Origin: a virus
Lineage: Duplodnaviria > Heunggongvirae > Uroviricota > Caudoviricetes
DNA length: 17,570 nt
IMG/VR virus record: IMGVR_UViG_3300023214_000389
Reading direction: 5' to 3' (one strand)
Shown: positions 15,612-17,570 of the stretch, one piece after another
Layout of the letters: the number at the start of each line of letters is the position of its first letter
Numbering within the stretch: the first letter of the stretch is position 1
Made by a program: the position numbers and the translations under genes
Notes under the pieces: generated by a model
Told to the model about the DNA's origin: nothing
The model's input: only the letters and a program-made list of their open reading frames with translations
The model's database searches: none

Positions 15612-17481
15612 TTTGAATACAGAACAGCAACAAGCTGTTGATCATTTTAAAGGTCCATGCTTGGTTACTGCTGTTCCCGGATCTGGGAAAACAAGCACTT
15701 TAACCTCTAGAGTAATTAAGCTAATAGAAAAAGGTGTCTCCCCTAGAGCTATTTGTTGTATTACCTTTACCAACAAAGCTGCCCAAGAGATGAAAGAAAG
15801 AGTACGGACATTAGATCCTAATGCCCGTAAGGTTTGGGTCAGCACTTTCCACAGACTGTGTGTGCGGATCCTGCGCAAGTATGGAACGGAAGTTGGCCTG
15901 AAAGAAGGATTTTCAATCTACGACGATGAGGACTCCAATGGAGTTATGACTAAAGTTCATCGTATGTGGGCCGCTACACGAGAAGAAAACTCTACCCTTG
16001 AGCCCCATCTTCGCAGATTGCTATTGTCCAGAGTTGACGATCTGAGAGAATCTGCTAAACCTTTCGATTTGGACAATGAGGATGAACGTCTAAGTATGTA
16101 TCTGAGTGAGCTGAAAACGGCTAACGCAGTCGATTTTAGTGGTATGCTACACCTGACATGGAAAATACTTTCTAAGAACCCAGAGATTTGTGCTAATCTA
16201 ACCAAGCGATTTCAATTCGTTCTAGTGGATGAGGCTCAGGACACCAACGATATACAGTATGCAATTGCTAGACTAATCGCGTCCCATGGGAATATCTTCA
16301 TGGTAGGGGATTACCAACAAAGTGTATACTCATTTAGGGGAGCTAATCCCGAAAATCTGAACAAATTCCTAACGGATTATCCGACTGCCAAGAATATTGT
16401 ACTCCCTAGGAATTATAGATCGCGATCAGAAATACTAGAAAAAGCTAGGAACGTTATCGTCCACAACGATGATGCAGCTAATGTGCAGTTAGTATCCGAA
16501 CGTGGTGCCGGTGGTTCTGTGCATATAGATTCATATGATACGGAGTGGGAGGAAACTGAGAACGTCGTTCACTTAATGAGGGATTATCATAACCAGGGTT
16601 ACAAGTGGAGCGATATAGCGGTTATTTACCGCCTCAACAAGCTGTCGCAAGCATTTGAGATTGGTCTTTCCCAGGCTGGTATTCCGTATCAGACACGAGG
16701 TGGGCAGAGTTTCTTTTCCCGGAGGGAAATCAAAACTTCTCTGGCGTACCTAAGACTTTTGACGAATCCTTCTGACAGTACGGCCTTTGCTCAGGCTATT
16801 AGTAATCCTAAACGAGGAATTGGAGATAGCCTGATAGGAAAGATCGATATTCTAGCGAGAGATGAAGATATTTCGGTGTCCGAAGCAGCAGCCAGAGTAA
16901 AGGCTAGGACGAAGATCGCTCGTAGCGGCCTAGATGAGTTTCTGGCTCTCTTGGATCGGAAGAGAGCAGATTTGCGTACTGACCGCAGTCTTATGGTTAT
17001 TGCGGATGAATTGATGAAAGAGAGCGGATACCATGCACAGCTTTGTCAAGATGTAGAAGACGAGAAGGAAGGTCCCCGCAGTCTAATGAGGCTAGAGAAT
17101 ATGGAAAAGTTTGTAGAGGGGATTGGAGATTTTGAAGAAGGGGGCTCCAAACCAACCCTAGAGAAGTTTTTGCAACAAATTGCTTTAGTGCAGGATGGGG
17201 ACAACAAAAATCCAGACTCTGTATCACTTTTGACAATGCACGCAGCTAAGGGGTTAGAATTTCCCGTAGTTTTTGTTGTGGGAGCTAATCATGAAATTGT
17301 ACCTCACATAAAGAGTGTAGAGGAAAATAGGGAACCCGAAGAAAGGCGACTATTTTATGTCGCGTTAACTAGAGCTAAGGATCAATTGCGCATAAGCTTC
17401 CCTATAATGAGGAGGAAGTGGAACAGAATGATTGAAATGGGGCCAAGCCCTTATCTTCGTGATATGTTAGATATAGAGTGA
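15586..17481 (+). CDS. uvrD: UvrD/PcrA/Rep-family SF1 helicase
   Basis: AVPGSGKT, TFTNKAA, VDEAQDT, VGDYQQSVYSFRGA, NYRS, TMHAAKGLEF and EERRLFYVALTRAK. Confidence 0.96.
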   Translation: MDMISSSVNLNTEQQQAVDHFKGPCLVTAVPGSGKTSTLTSRVIKLIEKGVSPRAICCITFTNKAAQEMKERVRTLDPNARKVWVSTFHRLCVRILRKYGTEVGLKEGFSIYDDEDSNGVMTKVHRMWAATREENSTLEPHLRRLLLSRVDDLRESAKPFDLDNEDERLSMYLSELKTANAVDFSGMLHLTWKILSKNPEICANLTKRFQFVLVDEAQDTNDIQYAIARLIASHGNIFMVGDYQQSVYSFRGANPENLNKFLTDYPTAKNIVLPRNYRSRSEILEKARNVIVHNDDAANVQLVSERGAGGSVHIDSYDTEWEETENVVHLMRDYHNQGYKWSDIAVIYRLNKLSQAFEIGLSQAGIPYQTRGGQSFFSRREIKTSLAYLRLLTNPSDSTAFAQAISNPKRGIGDSLIGKIDILARDEDISVSEAAARVKARTKIARSGLDEFLALLDRKRADLRTDRSLMVIADELMKESGYHAQLCQDVEDEKEGPRSLMRLENMEKFVEGIGDFEEGGSKPTLEKFLQQIALVQDGDNKNPDSVSLLTMHAAKGLEFPVVFVVGANHEIVPHIKSVEENREPEERRLFYVALTRAKDQLRISFPIMRRKWNRMIEMGPSPYLRDMLDIE

Positions 17482-17559
17482 AAGTTGTAGTACCTATGAT
17501 TGTAGATTAGTAAATTATTGTTTTCTCACAAGAACTAAGGTACTAGGAGATTCAGTTAA

Positions 17560-17570
17560 ATGCAGTGGAA
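17560..17570 (+). CDS. Probable start of the next gene (runs off the window)
   Basis: AGGAG at 17545-17549, then ATG CAG TGG at 17560. Confidence 0.4.

Noticed and set aside
436-17236. All minus-strand ORFs in the track (61-119 aa)
   Set aside because: Each lies antisense to a well-supported + strand gene and shows no recognisable motif, so they are treated as shadow ORFs.
1-17570. Stop-codon or CUA reassignment (alternative genetic code)
   Set aside because: Genes are full length in code 11, TAG ends several genes at sensible positions, and CTA encodes conserved Leu positions.
1-17570. CRISPR array, integrase/transposase, Rho-independent terminators
   Set aside because: I saw no repeat-spacer array, no recombinase motifs and no convincing GC hairpin followed by a U-tract.

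Overview
A gene-dense window with nearly all genes on the + strand, many overlapping start/stop codons and Shine-Dalgarno-type RBSs. By inference it is part of a large dsDNA bacteriophage or phage-like element: there is no bacterial housekeeping synteny and the replication genes stand alone. Left: a 5'-truncated SF2 helicase, a patatin-like phospholipase and PhoH. Middle (2857-10918): an uninterrupted 11-gene glycan-building and decorating cluster with five glycosyltransferases (two GT9-like, two CgeB-like paralogues, one GT2), a polysaccharide pyruvyltransferase, a sulfotransferase, two SAM methyltransferases, a PhyH-type Fe(II)/2OG dioxygenase and a small Rieske protein. No membrane protein, flippase or nucleotide-sugar synthase is visible in it. 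Next come a small gene split by a 7-bp tandem duplication and a minus-strand tRNA-like element with a Ser-type body, a UAG (Leu) anticodon, a 41-nt variable region and no pairing 5' acceptor strand. Right: a SLOG/MoCo-carrier-like protein, a motif-degenerate DnaC-like protein, a DnaB-like helicase, small hypotheticals, a 5'-3' flap exonuclease and a UvrD/PcrA helicase. All family calls come from motif recognition by eye; no database search was run.
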